The notes: generated by a model from the sequence alone, not told the origin. 64,000 nt of DNA from Lama glama (GCA_028534125.1 CM052817.1:62002001-62066000); one strand, 5' to 3'. Numbered from the stretch's first letter, positions 25,801 through 40,641 are shown. Made by a program: numbers and translations.

Positions 25801-28800
25801 AATGGAAATGACAAGAAAATGGGAGTAGCAATATTCATATCAGACAAAATAGACTTTAAAACAAAGGCCATAGAGAGAGATAAAGAAGGACACTATATAA
25901 TGATCAAAGGAGAAATACAAGATGAAGATATTATACCTGTAAACATGTATGCACCCAATATAGAAGTACCTCAAAATATAAAACAAATAGTAACAGACAT
26001 AAAGTGGGAAATTCATGGGAATACAATAATACTAGGAGACCTTAGCACCTGACTATCATTGGACAGATCTTCCAGACAGAAAATCAGTAAGGCAACGGAG
26101 ATACTAAATGATACAATAGAACATCTGGACTTGGTTGATATTTTTAGAACACTGCATCCCCAAAAAACCAAAATATACATTCTTTTCAAGTGCTAATGGA
26201 ACATTCTCTAGGATAGATCACATTCTTGGGCACAAAAGAAGCCTAAATAAATTTAAGAGGACAGAAATTATTTCAAGCCTCTTCTCTGACCACAATGGCA
26301 TGAAATCAATCACAGAAAAACAAATGAGAAAAAAATGACAGCACAGAGACTAAACAACATGTTACTAAAAAACCAATGGGTCAAAGATGAAATCAAAGAA
26401 ACTAAAAAATGAGACAAATGACAATGAAAACAACCACACAAAATCTATGGAATGCAGCAAAAGCAGTCCTAAGAGGGAAGTTCATAGTGATACAGGCCTT
26501 CCTCAAAAAAAAAGAACAATCTCAAATAAACAACCTAACTTACCACCTAAAAGAATTAGGAAAAGAAGAACAAACAAAACCTAAAGTCAGCAGAAGGAAA
26601 GAAATAATACAGATCAGGGAGGAAATAAATAAAATAGAGATTAAAAAATTAGAAAAAAATCAATCAAACTAAGAGCTGTTTTTTTTGAAAGGGTAAACAA
26701 AATTGACTAACCTCTGACCAGGCTCACTAAGAAGAAAAGAGAGCACACAAATAAATAAAATAAGAAATAAAAATGTAGAGATTGCAACCAACACCAAGAA
26801 ATACAAAAAAATTGTAAGAGAATACTATGAACAACTATATGACAATACACTGGACAACTTAGAAGAAATGGACAAGTTTCTAGAAACATACAAGCCACCA
26901 AAACTGAATCAAGAAGAAACAGATCATCTGAACAGACCAATCACTATAAGTGAAATAGAATCAGCAATAAACACTCTCCCTGCAAACAGAAGTCCAGGAC
27001 CAGATGGGTTCACTGGGGAATTCTATCAAACATACAAAGAAGAGCTCATACCAATCCTTCTCAAACTCTTCCAAAGAGGAGGCAACACTCCCAAACTCAT
27101 TCTATGCAGCCACCATCACCCTGATACCAAAGCCAGACAAAGACACTACCAAAAAAGAAAGCTACAGGCCAATATTATTGATGAACATACATGCAAAAAT
27201 CCTCAACAAAATATTAGCAAACACAATGCTAACACATAAAAAAGATCATACATCATTATCTAGTTGGGTTCATTCCAGGGACATAAGGATGGTTCAACAT
27301 ACACAAATCAATGTGATACATCACATCAACAAGAGAAAGAATAAAAATCATATGATCATCTCAACAGATACAGAAAAAGCATTCAATAAAATCCGACACC
27401 CATTTACGATAAAAACTCTTACCAAAGTGGGTAAAGAGGGAACATATCTCAACATAATAAAAGCTATTTATGACAAACCTACAGCCAGCATAATACTCAA
27501 TGGCGAAAAGCTGAAAGCTTTCCCCCTAAAATCTGGAAAAAGACAAGGCTGCCCACTATCACCATTTCTATTCAATATAGTACTGGAAGTCCTAGCCATA
27601 ACAATTAGACAAGAGAGAGAAGTAAAAGGGATCCAAATTGGAAAAGAGGTAAAATTGTCATTATATGCAGATAACATGATGCTATATATAGAAAACCCTA
27701 AAGGCTCCACACAAAAACACCTAGAACTAATAAAGAAATTAGCAAGGTAGCAGGGTACAAGATTAACATACAGAAATCAGTGGCATTTCTTTACACTAAT
27801 ACTGAAATATCAGAAAAGGAATGTAAAGAAACAATCCCTTTAAAGATTGCATCCAAAAAAATAAAATACTTAGGAATAAATCTGACTAAGGAAGTGAAAG
27901 ATTTATATGTGGAGAACTACAAAACACTGACTAAAGAAATTAAAGATGACTTAAAGAAAGGGAAAGGTATCCCATGTTCTTGGATTGGAAGAATTAATAT
28001 GCTTAAAGTGGCCATACTACCCAAAGCAATCTACAGATTTAATGTGATCCCTATCAAATTATCCAGGACATTTTTCACAGCATTGGAACAAAAAATCCTT
28101 AAATTTATATGGAATTACAAAAGACCTAGAATTGACAGAGCATACTGAAGAAAAAGAATGAAGCTGGAGGAGTAACCCTCCCAGACTTCCGACAAAACTA
28201 CAGAGCTACAGTAACCAAAACAGCAATGGTGCTGGTACAAAAACAGACATATGGATCAATGGAACAGAATAGAGAGCCCAGAAATAAATCCACAAACTTT
28301 TGGTCAATTAATCTTTGACAAAGAAGGCAAGAAATTACAATGGAGTAAAGACAGTCTCTTCGGCAAACAGTGTTGGGACAGCTCCATTTAAATCAATGAA
28401 GTTAGAATACTCCCTCACATCATACACAAAAAGAAACTCAAAATGGCTTAAAGACTTAAACATAAGACAAGACACGATAAACCTCTTAGAAGAAAACATA
28501 GGCAAAACATTATCTGACATAAATCTTAGCAATGTTCTCCTAGAGCAGTCTACCCAAGGAATAGAAATAAAAGCAAGAACAAACAAATAGGACCTAATTT
28601 AAACTTACAAGCTTTTGCACAGCAAAGGAAACCATAAGCAAAACGAAACAACCACCTACTGAACAGGAAAAAATATTTGCAAAAGATGAGACTGACAAAG
28701 CTTAATTTCCAGAATTTATAAACAGCTAACTTAATAAGAAAAAAACAAACAATCCAATCCAAAAATGGGCAGAAAACCTAAACAAGCAATTCTCCAGTGA

Positions 28801-29710
28801 AGACATATGAATAGACAATAGGCACATGAAAGAATGCTCAATATCACTAATTGTCAGAGAAATGAAAATCAAAACTACAATGAGGTATCACCTCACACCA
28901 GTCAGAATGGCCATCATTCAGAAGTCCACAAATGATAAATGGTGGAGAGGCTGTGGAGAAAAGGGAACCCTCCCATGCTGTTGGTGGGAATGTAGTTTGA
29001 TGTAGCCATTATGGAAAACAGTATGGAGATTCCTCAAAAAACTAAAAACAGACTTACCATGTGATCCAGCAATCCCACTCTTGGGCATAGATCCAGAGGG
29101 AACCTTAATTCAAAAAGATATATACATGCACCTCAATGTTTATAGCAGCACTATTTACAATAGCCAAGACATGGAAACAACCTAAATGTCCATTGACAGA
29201 TGACTGGATAAAGCAGCTGTGGTATATTTATACAGTGGAATATTACTTGGCCATAAAAATAATAAAATAATGCCATCTGCAGCAACATGGATGGACCTGG
29301 AGAATGTCATTCCAAGTGAAGTAAGCCAGAAAGAGAAAGAAAAACACCATATGCTATCACTTATATGTGGAATCTAAAAAAAAAAAAAAAAAGACAAACT
29401 TATTTACAAAACAGAAAAAGACTCACAGACATAGAAAACAAACATGGTTACAGTGGGGGAAGAGGGTGGGAGGGATAAATTGGGAGTTTGAGACTTGTAG
29501 ATACTAATATATATAAAATAGATAAACAAGTTTATACTGTATAGCACAGGGAACTATATTCAACATCTTATAGTAACTTATGGTGAAAAAGAATATAAAA
29601 ATGAATATATGTATGTTCCTATATGACTCATGTATTGTGCTGTACACCAGAAACTGACACATTATAAACTGACTATACCTCAATAAAAATATTTTAAAAA
29701 AATTTTTAAA
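22881..29710 (+). mobile_element. Full-length but inactivated LINE-1 (~6.8 kb)
   Basis: The 5' end reads gagccaagatggtggagtag, followed by a GC-rich 5'UTR. ORF1 remnant at about 24315-25199. ORF2 remnant at about 25611-29377 with endonuclease (ICCLQETH, ILGDL, SDHN) and RT (QGCPLSP, YADN in place of YADD) motifs, broken by stops and frameshifts. TSD aagaa(t/c)gact(g/a)ttttgg at 22865-22881 and 29711-29727. Confidence 0.96.
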
Positions 29711-30243
29711 AAGAACGACTATTTTGGGAGCAGTGTGGATTATTAGGGAGGCACAAAAGAAGCTGGAAACCAGTTTATAAGGCTATTATCGTAATCCTGG
29801 TGAAAGATCATGAAGAGTGAATTAAGGAAGTACCAAGCGGACTAGGGAGAAAAGAATGGAAAGCAATTTGAAGGGTGAGGGATAGGGCAGAAGAGTTGAT
29901 TATATGTGGAAAGGAAGGTGCAAGACAAAACTATCCCCAGTTTCTGGCTTGGGGACCTGTGTGTGGATCAGGAATAAAGGAGGCAGAAAATATTTAAGGG
30001 CTAGAAGGTTAATGATGAGCTGATTTGGCTGATCTTACAAGGAATCCAGTTAGCACAGCACGATTGTCTGCAACAGCTAAATTGCTCAAAAATCTCCAGT
30101 TATTTCCATGAACAGATTTTTTTCCTCTAAAGTTTAGAAATACAAAAATAACAAGTAAAACCCTCATTACTACCACTTCTCTTAGATAACAGCACGAAGA
30201 ACTGAACACAGATACTGATAAAAATGATAAAACATTTATTCCC

Positions 30244-30822
30244 CAAAAGACACCCGCACATCAATGTTCATAGTAGCACTATTTACAATAGCCAAGACAT
30301 GGAAACAACCTAAATGTCCATCGACAGATGATTGAAAAAAGAAGTTGCTGTATATTTATACAATGGAATATTACTCAGTCATAAAAAATGATAAAATGCC
30401 ATTTGCAGCAACATGGATGGCCCTGGAGAATGTCATTCTAAGTGAAGTAAGCCAGAAAGAGAAAGAAAAATACCATATGATATCACTTATATGTAGAATC
30501 TTAAAAAAAGACAAATGAACTTATATATAAAACAGAATACACACACAGAATACAGACTTGTGGTTGTCAGGGAGGAGCAGGTGGGAAGGGATAAACTGGG
30601 AGTTCGAGATTTGCAGATACTGACTGGTATATATAAAACAGATAAACAAGTTTATATTGTATAGCACAAGGAAATACATTCAGTATCATCTTTGATGATA
30701 TTCATCATCAAAAAGAATGTGAAAATGAATGTATCTATATTCATGTATGACCGAAGAATTGTGCTGTACACCAGAAATTGACAACACTGTAAAATGACTA
30801 ACTCAATAAAACAAACAAAAAG
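30244..30822 (+). mobile_element. 5'-truncated LINE-1 3' end
   Basis: Homologous to 29110-29700. TSD acatttattccc at 30232-30243 and 30824-30835. Confidence 0.9.
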
Positions 30823-31689
30823 CACATTTATTCCCATTTTGTGTAATTAAAAGCTTGGATGTACTGAAGGGAAAATAATGTGTAAGAATAATTCTGTTTG
30901 TTATGTAAATGGTTGTCTGAATCAGCAAGATAAATCAACATAAAAGCCTTCTAAATACATCCTTTTATTAAAAAATATATCCTTTTCATGGATTATCTCC
31001 AGAACTCCACACTACCAAATATATTGACACTCTTCCATTTGAAGTAACTTCACAGTGAGTCTCCTTATGTAAACTGTATGTAAAATCCCAAGAAAAAATA
31101 CAGTATTTTTTGTGATGCTAGAAATGAACTGTATTGAGTAGTAAGTATTTAATTATATTTTCTGAGTGCTACTTATTTGTAAGCTAATCTTAATCAGGAG
31201 TTAGTACTTTGGTCTGGCCTCTGAATTCTGTTCATATTTTGTTCATTTCAATGCTTGTTGATTTCACCAAGACTTGGCTTTCTCCCACCCTTCCGATTTA
31301 GCAAACCATTTGATTTATACAAGAGAGAAGCCTTTCCAAGTTAGAAGTTATTTTTAGCTACATATAAAACATCCAAGAAGAGAGAAAAATAGGTTGAAGT
31401 TCAGAAAACAATAAAAGGCTTCACCCATAAACCATAACTTGTCAGTGCTGCAGTGAGGAAAAGCACTGTTTCTGTCCTTGTGGCTCAGTAACTGCTGTCT
31501 TCAATAATTCAGGGCATATATGAAGTAATTTACTCAAGTGTTTATCAAGACATGGGGTTTTATTAATGGATAATAAAAACACTTATCAGGCAATGTTAGG
31601 ATATCCTATTTGCATATTTGGTTGCTGTTTGGTGTTGATTAATCCCATTGTGTGCGGCTGAGAATCTTACTTTATGAAGTAATTCCTAC

Positions 31690-31915
31690 AGTGCTAGATA
31701 AGAGGGCTGTTCTCAGGCCAGACTGCCTGGATTCAAAACCCATTTCTGTGCCTCTCTTGGGTAAGTTTCTTATCTTCTGTGTGCCCCAGGGTCCTCATTT
31801 ATAACATGAGGATAATTGTGGACTGATTCCATAACATTTTTGAGGATTAAATGAGTTAATACACAAATTACTCAGTGTTTGGCATACAGTAAATATTCTT
31901 AAATTAGTATTAATA
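31690..31915 (+). mobile_element. MIR SINE
   Basis: ccagactgcctggattcaaa...cttgggtaagtt...gaggattaaatgagttaatac matches the MIR core. Confidence 0.75.
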
Positions 31916-32022
31916 TTAGATTAAGGGTATTTTAAAGGAGATGGGATAAAATCCAAACAACTCTAAAAAAAAAAAAGAAACAGAAAAGTGGTGTTAATCT
32001 AAAAACAAAAAGGAAACAAAAA

Positions 32023-34970
32023 GAGATCAAAACGGCAGAGTACGAGCATGTGGAGCTCACCTCCCCTGATAAGCACATCAAAAATATATCTACATGTGGA
32101 GCAATTCTCACTGAAAACAAACTTAAGACTGGCAGAAAGACTCCTCTACTGCCAAGGTAATAAGAAAGATATTGAATTGAGTAGGAAGGGAACAGAAGCG
32201 ATCAGATTGGGACCTGGGCCCCTGGGAAGGGACACAGAGGAGAAGGGAGATTACATGGGAGATCCACTCTGGGAATGAGTGGTTCAAGCCACATACTGAA
32301 TGCCCCAACCATGGGGTAGGACAGTTGGAAGATGACTTTCCTTAGCTGGTTCGAAAACAACTGGGACAAACAGAAGGGCTAGTGAAGAGTGTGCACATGC
32401 TTTCCTATTCCTAGGAACAAGGCAGAGTATGTGGACTGAAACTGCATGGGCCTTGGCCAATTTCCTGCGACTGACCCGGCACATGCTGGTCTGAGCTGAG
32501 CACCTGCTCCAATCCCTCTTGCTCCTCGGCACAGCTCGGCACTAGGCGGAGGGTTGCAGTGGCTGAGGGGAGTGCACAATTGTGAGAGATAAAGCTAGCT
32601 TGGACCCAGAGCACATCTGAATGGGATGAGGGCAGCCACTGCACTGCTGGTGCTTGCAGAGGCAGCGCATGGGGAGCCGTCCTGGACTCTGACTGGAGCT
32701 GGGACCACCACAGCCCATGCCCCAACACACGCAAAGCTAGTATACAGGGGTCATATCTCAACATAATAAAGACCATTTATGACAAACCTACAACTAACAT
32801 CATGCTCAACAGTGAAAAGCTAAAAGCTTTTTCTTTAAAATCAGGAACAAGACAAAGATGCCCACTCATGCCATTTCTATTTAATATAGTATTGCAAGTC
32901 CTAGCTAGCCACAGGAATCAGACAAGAAAAATAAAAGGCATTAAAATTGGAAGGAAAGAAGTAAAACTGACACTATGTGCAGATGATGTGATACTATATA
33001 AAGAAAATCCTAAAGTCTCCACCAGAAAACTATTAGAACTAATAAATGAACTCAGTAAAATTACAGGATGCAAGATAATACACAGAAACCTGTTGCTTTT
33101 GTATACGCTAATAATGAACTATCAGAAAGAGAAAGCAAGAAAACAATTCTGCTTAAAATCACATCAAAAAGAGTAAAATACATAGAAATAAATTTAACCA
33201 AGGAGGTGAAAGACCTGTACTCTGAAAACTATAAGACACTGATGAAGGAAACTGAAGATGATACAAATAAATGGAAAGATATCCCATTTTCACAGGTGGA
33301 AGAGTTAATATTGTTAAAAATGTCCATACTACCCAAAGCAATCTACAGATTAATTGCAATACTAATCAAAACACCCAACACATTTTTTCACAGAACAGAA
33401 AAAAATTATCCTAATTTTTTTATGGAACCACAAAAGATCCTGAATAGCCAAAGCAATCTTAAGAAAAAAGAACAAAGCTGGAGGTAGCATGCTCCCTGAC
33501 TTCAGACTACCCTACAAAGCCACAGTAATCAAAATAGTATGGGACTGGCACAAAAACGGACACATGGATAAATGGCACAGAATAAATAACCCAGAAATAA
33601 ACCCACACACCTATGGTCAATTAATCTATGACAAAGGTGGCAAGAATGTACAATGGAGCAAAGACAGTATCTTCAATAAGTGGTGCTGGGAAAAATGGAG
33701 AGCTATATGCAAAAGAATGAAATTGGAACATTTTCTTAGACTATATACAAAAATAAAATGGATTAAACACCAAAATGTAAGACTGGAACCCATAAAATCC
33801 TAGATGAAAATATCCACAGAACACTCTGACATAAATCATAGCAGTATTTGTTTTGGATGTCTCCTAAGGCAAAAGAAACAAAAGTTTCTTTTTTTTTAAA
33901 TCTAAAAGCTTCTGCACAGTGAAGAAAATCATTGACAAAACAAAAAGATAAAACCCTGCTGAATGGGAGAAAATATTTGCAAATGTTATCACTGATAAGG
34001 GGTAAATAGCTAAAACAGCTCATATAACTCAAACTTAAACTCAAGAAAAAAAAACCTGTATAAAAAATAGGGAGAACACTTGAACAAATGTTTTTCCAAA
34101 GACATACAGATGGCCAATACGCACATGAAAAGATGCTCAACATCACTAAATACAGAGAAATGCAAATCAAAACCACAATGAGATACCACTCCACCCCTGT
34201 CAGAATGGCTAACATCAAAAAGTCTACAAATAACAACAGCTGGCGAAGCTGTGGAAAAAGGAATCCCATATTGATGGGAACGTAAACTAGTGCAGACACT
34301 ATGGAAAACGGTATGGAGTCTTCAAAAAAAAAACAAAACTAAAAGTAGAACTGCCATATGACCCAGCAATTTCAGTCCTGAATAAATATTCAAAGAAAAC
34401 AAACACACTAATTTGAAAAGATACATGCACCCCAATGTTCATAGCAGCATTATTTACAATAGCCAAGATACAGAAGCAACCTAAGTGTCCATCGACAGAT
34501 AAATGGATAAAGAAGACATAGTATACATATACAATGGAATATTACTCAGACATACAAAATAGTGAAATTCTGCTATTTGCTACAGCATTCGACCTAGAGG
34601 GTATTATGTTTAGCGAAATATGTCAGAGAAAGATACTGTATGTTATCACTTATATGTGGAATCTAAAAAATGAAACAAATGAATATAACAAAACAAAGAT
34701 TCACATATATAGAGAAAAAAACTAGTGGTTATCAGTGGGGATAGGGAAGAAGGAGGGGCAAGATAGGCATAGGGGATTAAGAGGTACAAACTACTACATA
34801 TAAAACAGATAAGCCACAAAGTTATGTTGTATAGCACAGGGAAACACAGCCATTATTTTATAACTTTAAACGGAATATAATCTATAAAAATACTGAGTCA
34901 TTGTGTTGTTCACCTGAAACTAATATTGTAAATGAACTGTATTTCAATGAAAAATTAAATAAAACAAAAT
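32023..34970 (+). mobile_element. Internally deleted LINE-1 (5'UTR joined to mid-ORF2, then 3'UTR)
   Basis: L1 5' terminus gagatcaaaacggcagagt...gagctcacctcccc. At about 32730 the sequence switches to ORF2 (catatctcaacataataaagaccatttatgacaaacc), then RT (CADD), C-terminus, 3'UTR and an A-rich tail. Confidence 0.88.
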
Positions 34971-35866
34971 AAAAAACAAAGGAAAATATCTTGATATCTG
35001 AATTCCTTTAGCCTTCACTGATGTTTCTGCTGAGACAAAGTCAATTCACTGCTAGATCAAAAACCCTTAAGATTGTACTAGGAATATACGTGGTTAAGTA
35101 TTAAGCTGCCCGATCTAGTTTTTATACTAAACCTAAATACGTATTTCCACTTAAACTCTTTGAATCTGTAATTCCAGAGATGTCATTAGCATGCATGTGC
35201 TTCAGAGATACTAAAACATGACATTTTAATCAGTCTGTGCAAATATTATTTTCTAATTATTTTAAATTATAAGCAAATCATCACACTATATTTTAAGGGT
35301 ATAAGTAGAATAGAATTTTAATAAAAGAAATTTTATCAAGATTAATTTGAGGAATATTCATTATCATACTTGGTAATAATGATGCATAAATGATAGGAAA
35401 TTTGTTCACTAATATTACTTTTACCTAGTCCTAGACCATCCATATTTTATAGTTTTATTTTACCTTTATGAGTTTTCCAGTTCTTTTCTCCTAATTGTTC
35501 AAGTTAGTTATCACCTGTTTTTAATGAATTCAGTCAGTCTCCACCCCACTCCACCCTCATACAATGGCACACCTGTCATTAGATTTAACACCCTTATCCA
35601 AGTCCCTAAGAGATGCAAGTTTCTTCTAGCTGCCTTCACTCTCTCTATTGTCCCCAAATTCACAGTGAGTGTCCCAAGCTCTCCTTTTTGCTTCTCCTTC
35701 TCCCCACACATAAAGGATTCTGGGACAGATGGACTGGTCTAAGAGGAGGTAGAAATTATAGGACACATCTATGGTTATGGGATAGTTATCATTCTTTGCA
35801 GTGGGGCAAGTAGGGGTTCAACCTGGAGGTGGAGAGGCACCCTGTAGTCTCTATGCGAATCATAAC

Positions 35867-36293
35867 TGTTGGAGGAGGTAACTGAGAGGACAGGACTGCA
35901 GCTTGACCTGTGAGCTGGACCTGGGCAACTGGAAGTCCTTCACTTCCTCCTCTGTCCTTGGAAAGTGTGCTCTGCTGCCTTTCTCGCACTAGCAGCTGTC
36001 CAAGGATGCAGACTTGAGATAGCAATGTGATGTTGAGATCATCTTGATGGTATATGTAACAGAATCCAGTTAAGGCTTCTATATTAATTTCTACAATTCT
36101 GGCAGGTGGGAGCAGAGATCTACTCATCTTGTGGCCATCCAAGACAAGCCTCATATATAAGTTCCCTTGCTTATTAAACCTGCCACCTACCAATCTGGAG
36201 TGGTCTGCCTCTCTCCTTGGTCTCTCCCTGCCCTCTATCAAGGCCAGTTTCAGATTTCACCCAGGAAACTCCTGAGGAGGTTGCAAACTAACA
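35867..36293 (+). mobile_element. Solo LTR (427 bp; 5-bp TSD suggests class III/ERVL-like)
   Basis: TGTTGG...CTAACA termini, flanks ataac/atgac, tatataa at about 36154 and attaaa at about 36173. Confidence 0.8.
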
Positions 36294-39200
36294 ATGACCA
36301 AGTTTAAGGAGAGTTCAAGAGCACAGTATTTTCCCTGGGCTGAAATTTAAAGGACAGAGGAGTGGGTGAGAGGGATGCAATATGCTGGCCAGGAGTGAAA
36401 AGGAGGAAAAGAGTGAGCACCTTTAAAGCACCTCAAGCACCCATCAAGGTACTTTATGTACATAATCTCTGTTCTTCACAACAGCTCTGTGAGAGAGGTA
36501 TTTATATACCCATTATTCAGATGAGAAGAATGGCATTCATAGAGAAGAACTAGCACAGGCTTATAAAGCTCGTAAACGGGTGAATACAGATCTGAATACA
36601 GGACTGCCTGGGATCTGGACTCTTTTCTGTCTACCAAGCAAAGAACAGGGAGGAGGCAACTATAGTGCCACAGACTTGAGCACTGACAGAGGGGACTCCA
36701 GATCATGGCTGAGGGAAGCTGGGACACCAAACACCTGAGCTACTCCAGGAGATGGGCTTGGGCTAACCTCTGGCTGGTGTCCTCCAGGGAGGCAGTGAGA
36801 TCCACAGGAAAGAGACACAGGGTCCACCCCTTGTTATCACCATTACCCTGCCCTTTCTTAAAGGACTAACTCTGATTTACTTTCAGAGCTAACATTAAGA
36901 ATGGGTGTACTTTGATTTCAGTAGCATCAGGAAAAGCTCCTTACTCTCCAAAATTGTCCCCTCAAATTTTTGGCAGTGACTTGAAATGTATTTAAGAGGG
37001 GTCAGTTTTTAATTCCACCATTATATGGGTCCTCCTCATTATGCAAATGACCTGAAGAAATAACAGCTTAAACTAAGCCATATGAAGCATTATAAAGTAT
37101 GTCATATAAGTGACTAAGGGAAACCCCTTTAAATTTAGATAAAGAAGAGCTTGAAGGAGTGAAGATTTCAAGCTGGGATTCAAGTATCCAGCAGTATGCA
37201 AAATGTTTTAAGGGTACATTAGCAAAAATGTACTTAAGGGACTCAATATTTGTATCCTGAACACCTATATGCACTTCATCCTAAAACTAATTGTCTTGAG
37301 AACTTGCCCTCTACTTTTCAAAATAAAAGCATCTCATATCCTGATCTTACCATGGTACATTCTAAGGGTATAAAAAACAAAAACAAAAAAACAAAAAAAA
37401 ACCCAAAAAATCCCCAGGGTACCAAACAAATAATTGGGAATATTAGTGTAGTAGTTGAGAACGTATGGGATTGAAATGACAGGGTAACAAATCCTCTTGC
37501 AAATCAGTGATTTACAATTCTTTGCTTTCATCAAAATTGAAGGGGGACCTAACATGACAGCTAACAGTCACCGGACATAAATTCTGATGATAGAACACTA
37601 TGATTTTTGGTGTATAATTCAGATAATGTGCAGAGTTGGGGGACACTGTTATAATATAACTTCATGCATTCCCATTTACTTATTTATGGATGAGAAAAAC
37701 TCAGTATTTGAATCTATTATAAACGACAGATAGAAATGAAATTTATGTTATCCTGTCTCATTTCACTAACATTCAAACATGGCTAAATGAGCGAACTGCA
37801 GAGGATGATAAAACCTTATTTCTCCTGTGTAAATATGTAACTCTTAATAAAAATTCAGTCTGTGCTAAATAGTAATTTAGCAAAATTTACAGTATATTTG
37901 GGTTCTTCAAATTATGTACTAATTATAACAAAGGTATTGACAATTCAAAAGAAACTTAATGCTTATATCTCTGTGACCACAAGAAATAAAATTTATATGT
38001 GCATTTTTATTACAGAAAAGTACTGAAATGTGATCAGTAAAAACTAATGTTTTAAATACCTTTAGGGTAAAAAAAATTCTATGGAGAAAGTGGTCTAGAA
38101 ATATAGAAAAAAGAACACTGTAAATATTCTTTCTATTAAAGAAAATTTTGTTCTTATATTTTGTTAATGGGTGATGTTGGGTAAGAAATCATTATGGTGC
38201 TTGGTGTTTGCATTCCACTGGATCATCTTAAGTCCCCTAGCCATTTTATTTAGAGATGCCAAATATTGATAATATACTCAGACAATATATTTTCCTACTA
38301 TTTAGCTTCATGATGAACATTTTAGATTCCAACTTAAAAATGCTGGGGAGATATACAGCTATGTATTATCTATTCATCTATCTTTAAGTCTTTTAAAAAT
38401 AAGCTAGCAAAAAACTGAAGATCACTGCACCAGGGCATGAGAGGATCTCAATTTAGTCTTCAAGAGAGGAACTCTATCAGGGAGAATGAAAGAGGCCGAG
38501 AATCAAGAAGGCCAAAGAAAAGGATAAATAGGAGTGGGAGTTGGGGACCAGTGAATTGAACCCACAGCATATTTCTTCTGGGTGCTTCTGCAGTTATGCA
38601 TATTGCTTTATATTTACATAAGGCCAATGAGACCTCACCAAAAGACACTTGAGTTTCAAGTTCAAAGGCTAGAGTTAAGACCCAGCTGTCCTATCCATGA
38701 ATTGTTTGACTTTAGGCAAGTCACTTGTCATTACACCTTATTTTTCTATCTCTACATATTAATATTTGTCCTAATTCCCTCATAAAGGTCCTGTGAGATA
38801 TGAAAAAATCATATATATGAAAGCACTTTTGATCACTTCCATACAACTTTAAGCTAATGTTAATATTATTCATCTACAGAAAAACTTACTTCAGTTAAAA
38901 CAAAGCTATAACTTAACTTTTAGTGTCTTTACTAGTTTAAATGACTTTTATAAATTAACATTTAAGTGTAATAAACAGGAAAGAATGGTATCTAACGTGA
39001 AATGATAAATATTTTAAAATCTTTTTAATGGTCACATTTTTAATCTAAAGGCTTTCTATCAAATTCTGTCCTAAAGACAACTTCTATTTGCACATAGGTG
39101 AATTCACCCAGGTTAAACCTATCACTCTGGTTTGTTACTTTCTTAAGCAACACAGTCCATGATAAGAATGCTTAGCAATGTGATACAGTTCTGTAAAGAA

Positions 39201-40641
39201 CAACCTTCACATTGTGAGACCATGTTCAACATTCAATCAAGGAAAAACAAATGAAAGTAAAGCCACCTTACTCTAGCTGAAAAGTGTTAGCAAAGAGGAA
39301 AAAGAGAAAGTTTATCCAGAAGACAAACTTAAAGATGTCTGTACCACTTCCATGATCATTCCCAGCTCCACCTTATTGAATCCTGAACTCAGATTTGCAC
39401 TCACTGGTCACTTCTCCACCTCTCAGGCTTTTTGAGGCCCTGGGTCATCAACAAATTACTCAGTATTTTTGTGATCTTCCTTAACCTCAGCAGATGATGT
39501 ATGTCTTATTAACAGACCAAGCGGACCAAAAGATACAAACTCCTCTCAAAGCTCTTCCTTTCTTCTATAAAGTCACCGAAAAACATCTGTATCTCCTCCA
39601 TCCCTAAAACACATCACCCATGGGCAGCCTGCCCCTCTCGTCTATGCTTTCACATGCTCTTTCCTTTAGTGGCTAAACTACTTGAAAGAGCAGAATATTC
39701 ATAGTCTCTTGCTAAACCTGCCCACTCACTCTTCAGTTTACTGCTGTCTGGGCTCGCCCTCATCACTCAAGCTTCACCTTCACAGGTGACCAGAGGCCTC
39801 CCTAACTGCCCAGTCCAAGGGCAATTTCTCTGTCTGCTGTTTTCTTGCCACCTCTCTGTTCCTTCTCAAGCCTCTTTCACTGGTCTATCCACCAGTTTTA
39901 TGTAGTCCTCCTCAGGCATCTTTTTCTCCCCTTTTAATTCTGTAACAATGGTTTCAACTTTGTTGAGAATCCCCAGAATCACTGTTAAGACCTGCCCATT
40001 CCAGGGCCCCACCTGCAGAGGTTCTGATTTAATGGGGCCGACACAGGGCCCAGGTATGGGTGTTCTTAAAGCTCCTCAGATGATGCTAAAGTGTAGCCGG
40101 GTTTTCAAACAACCTGTATGCACTGGCTGGGTGATTCCTTCTCAGGACTTCTAACTCAAAAGTTACTGACTTCAATCCTAAGTTTTGTTACGTTCCATTC
40201 ACATTTCTGATTACTTTCTAGATAATTCCACCTGAATTCTCAACAAATATGAAAAGCCTAAGGTGCTGAATTGATCTCAGTATCTCCTCACGTTGGTCCC
40301 CACTCCATAAGCCTGGTCTCCCCAGTCTTAATTAATGGAGACATTATCTTCCCATTCCTAAACTCAAAGCTTATAATAATCCTCACAGCTCTTTAAAATC
40401 ATTCCTTATGTTATAGACCCTACCTTAAATATTTCTCAAACCTGGGCCCTCTTCCCTAGCCCCACTCCTAAGTACTGTGATACAATTTTAATTCCAACGA
40501 GTCTCTCTAAAAAGTAAATCTTAAAAAACAACACCAGCAAAAAATGCTCTCCATGTGTCACTGTTTCTAGGTTAAAATCCAAATTTCATAGTATGCCACG
40601 TGAAACCTTTTGCAAACTGCCCCCAGTTACTGCTCTAGCTT

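Noticed and set aside
25684..28590. Endonuclease and reverse-transcriptase ORFs as an active or novel RT system
   Set aside because: They are ordinary L1 ORF2 fragments with multiple frameshifts and stops and a mutated catalytic motif (YADN).
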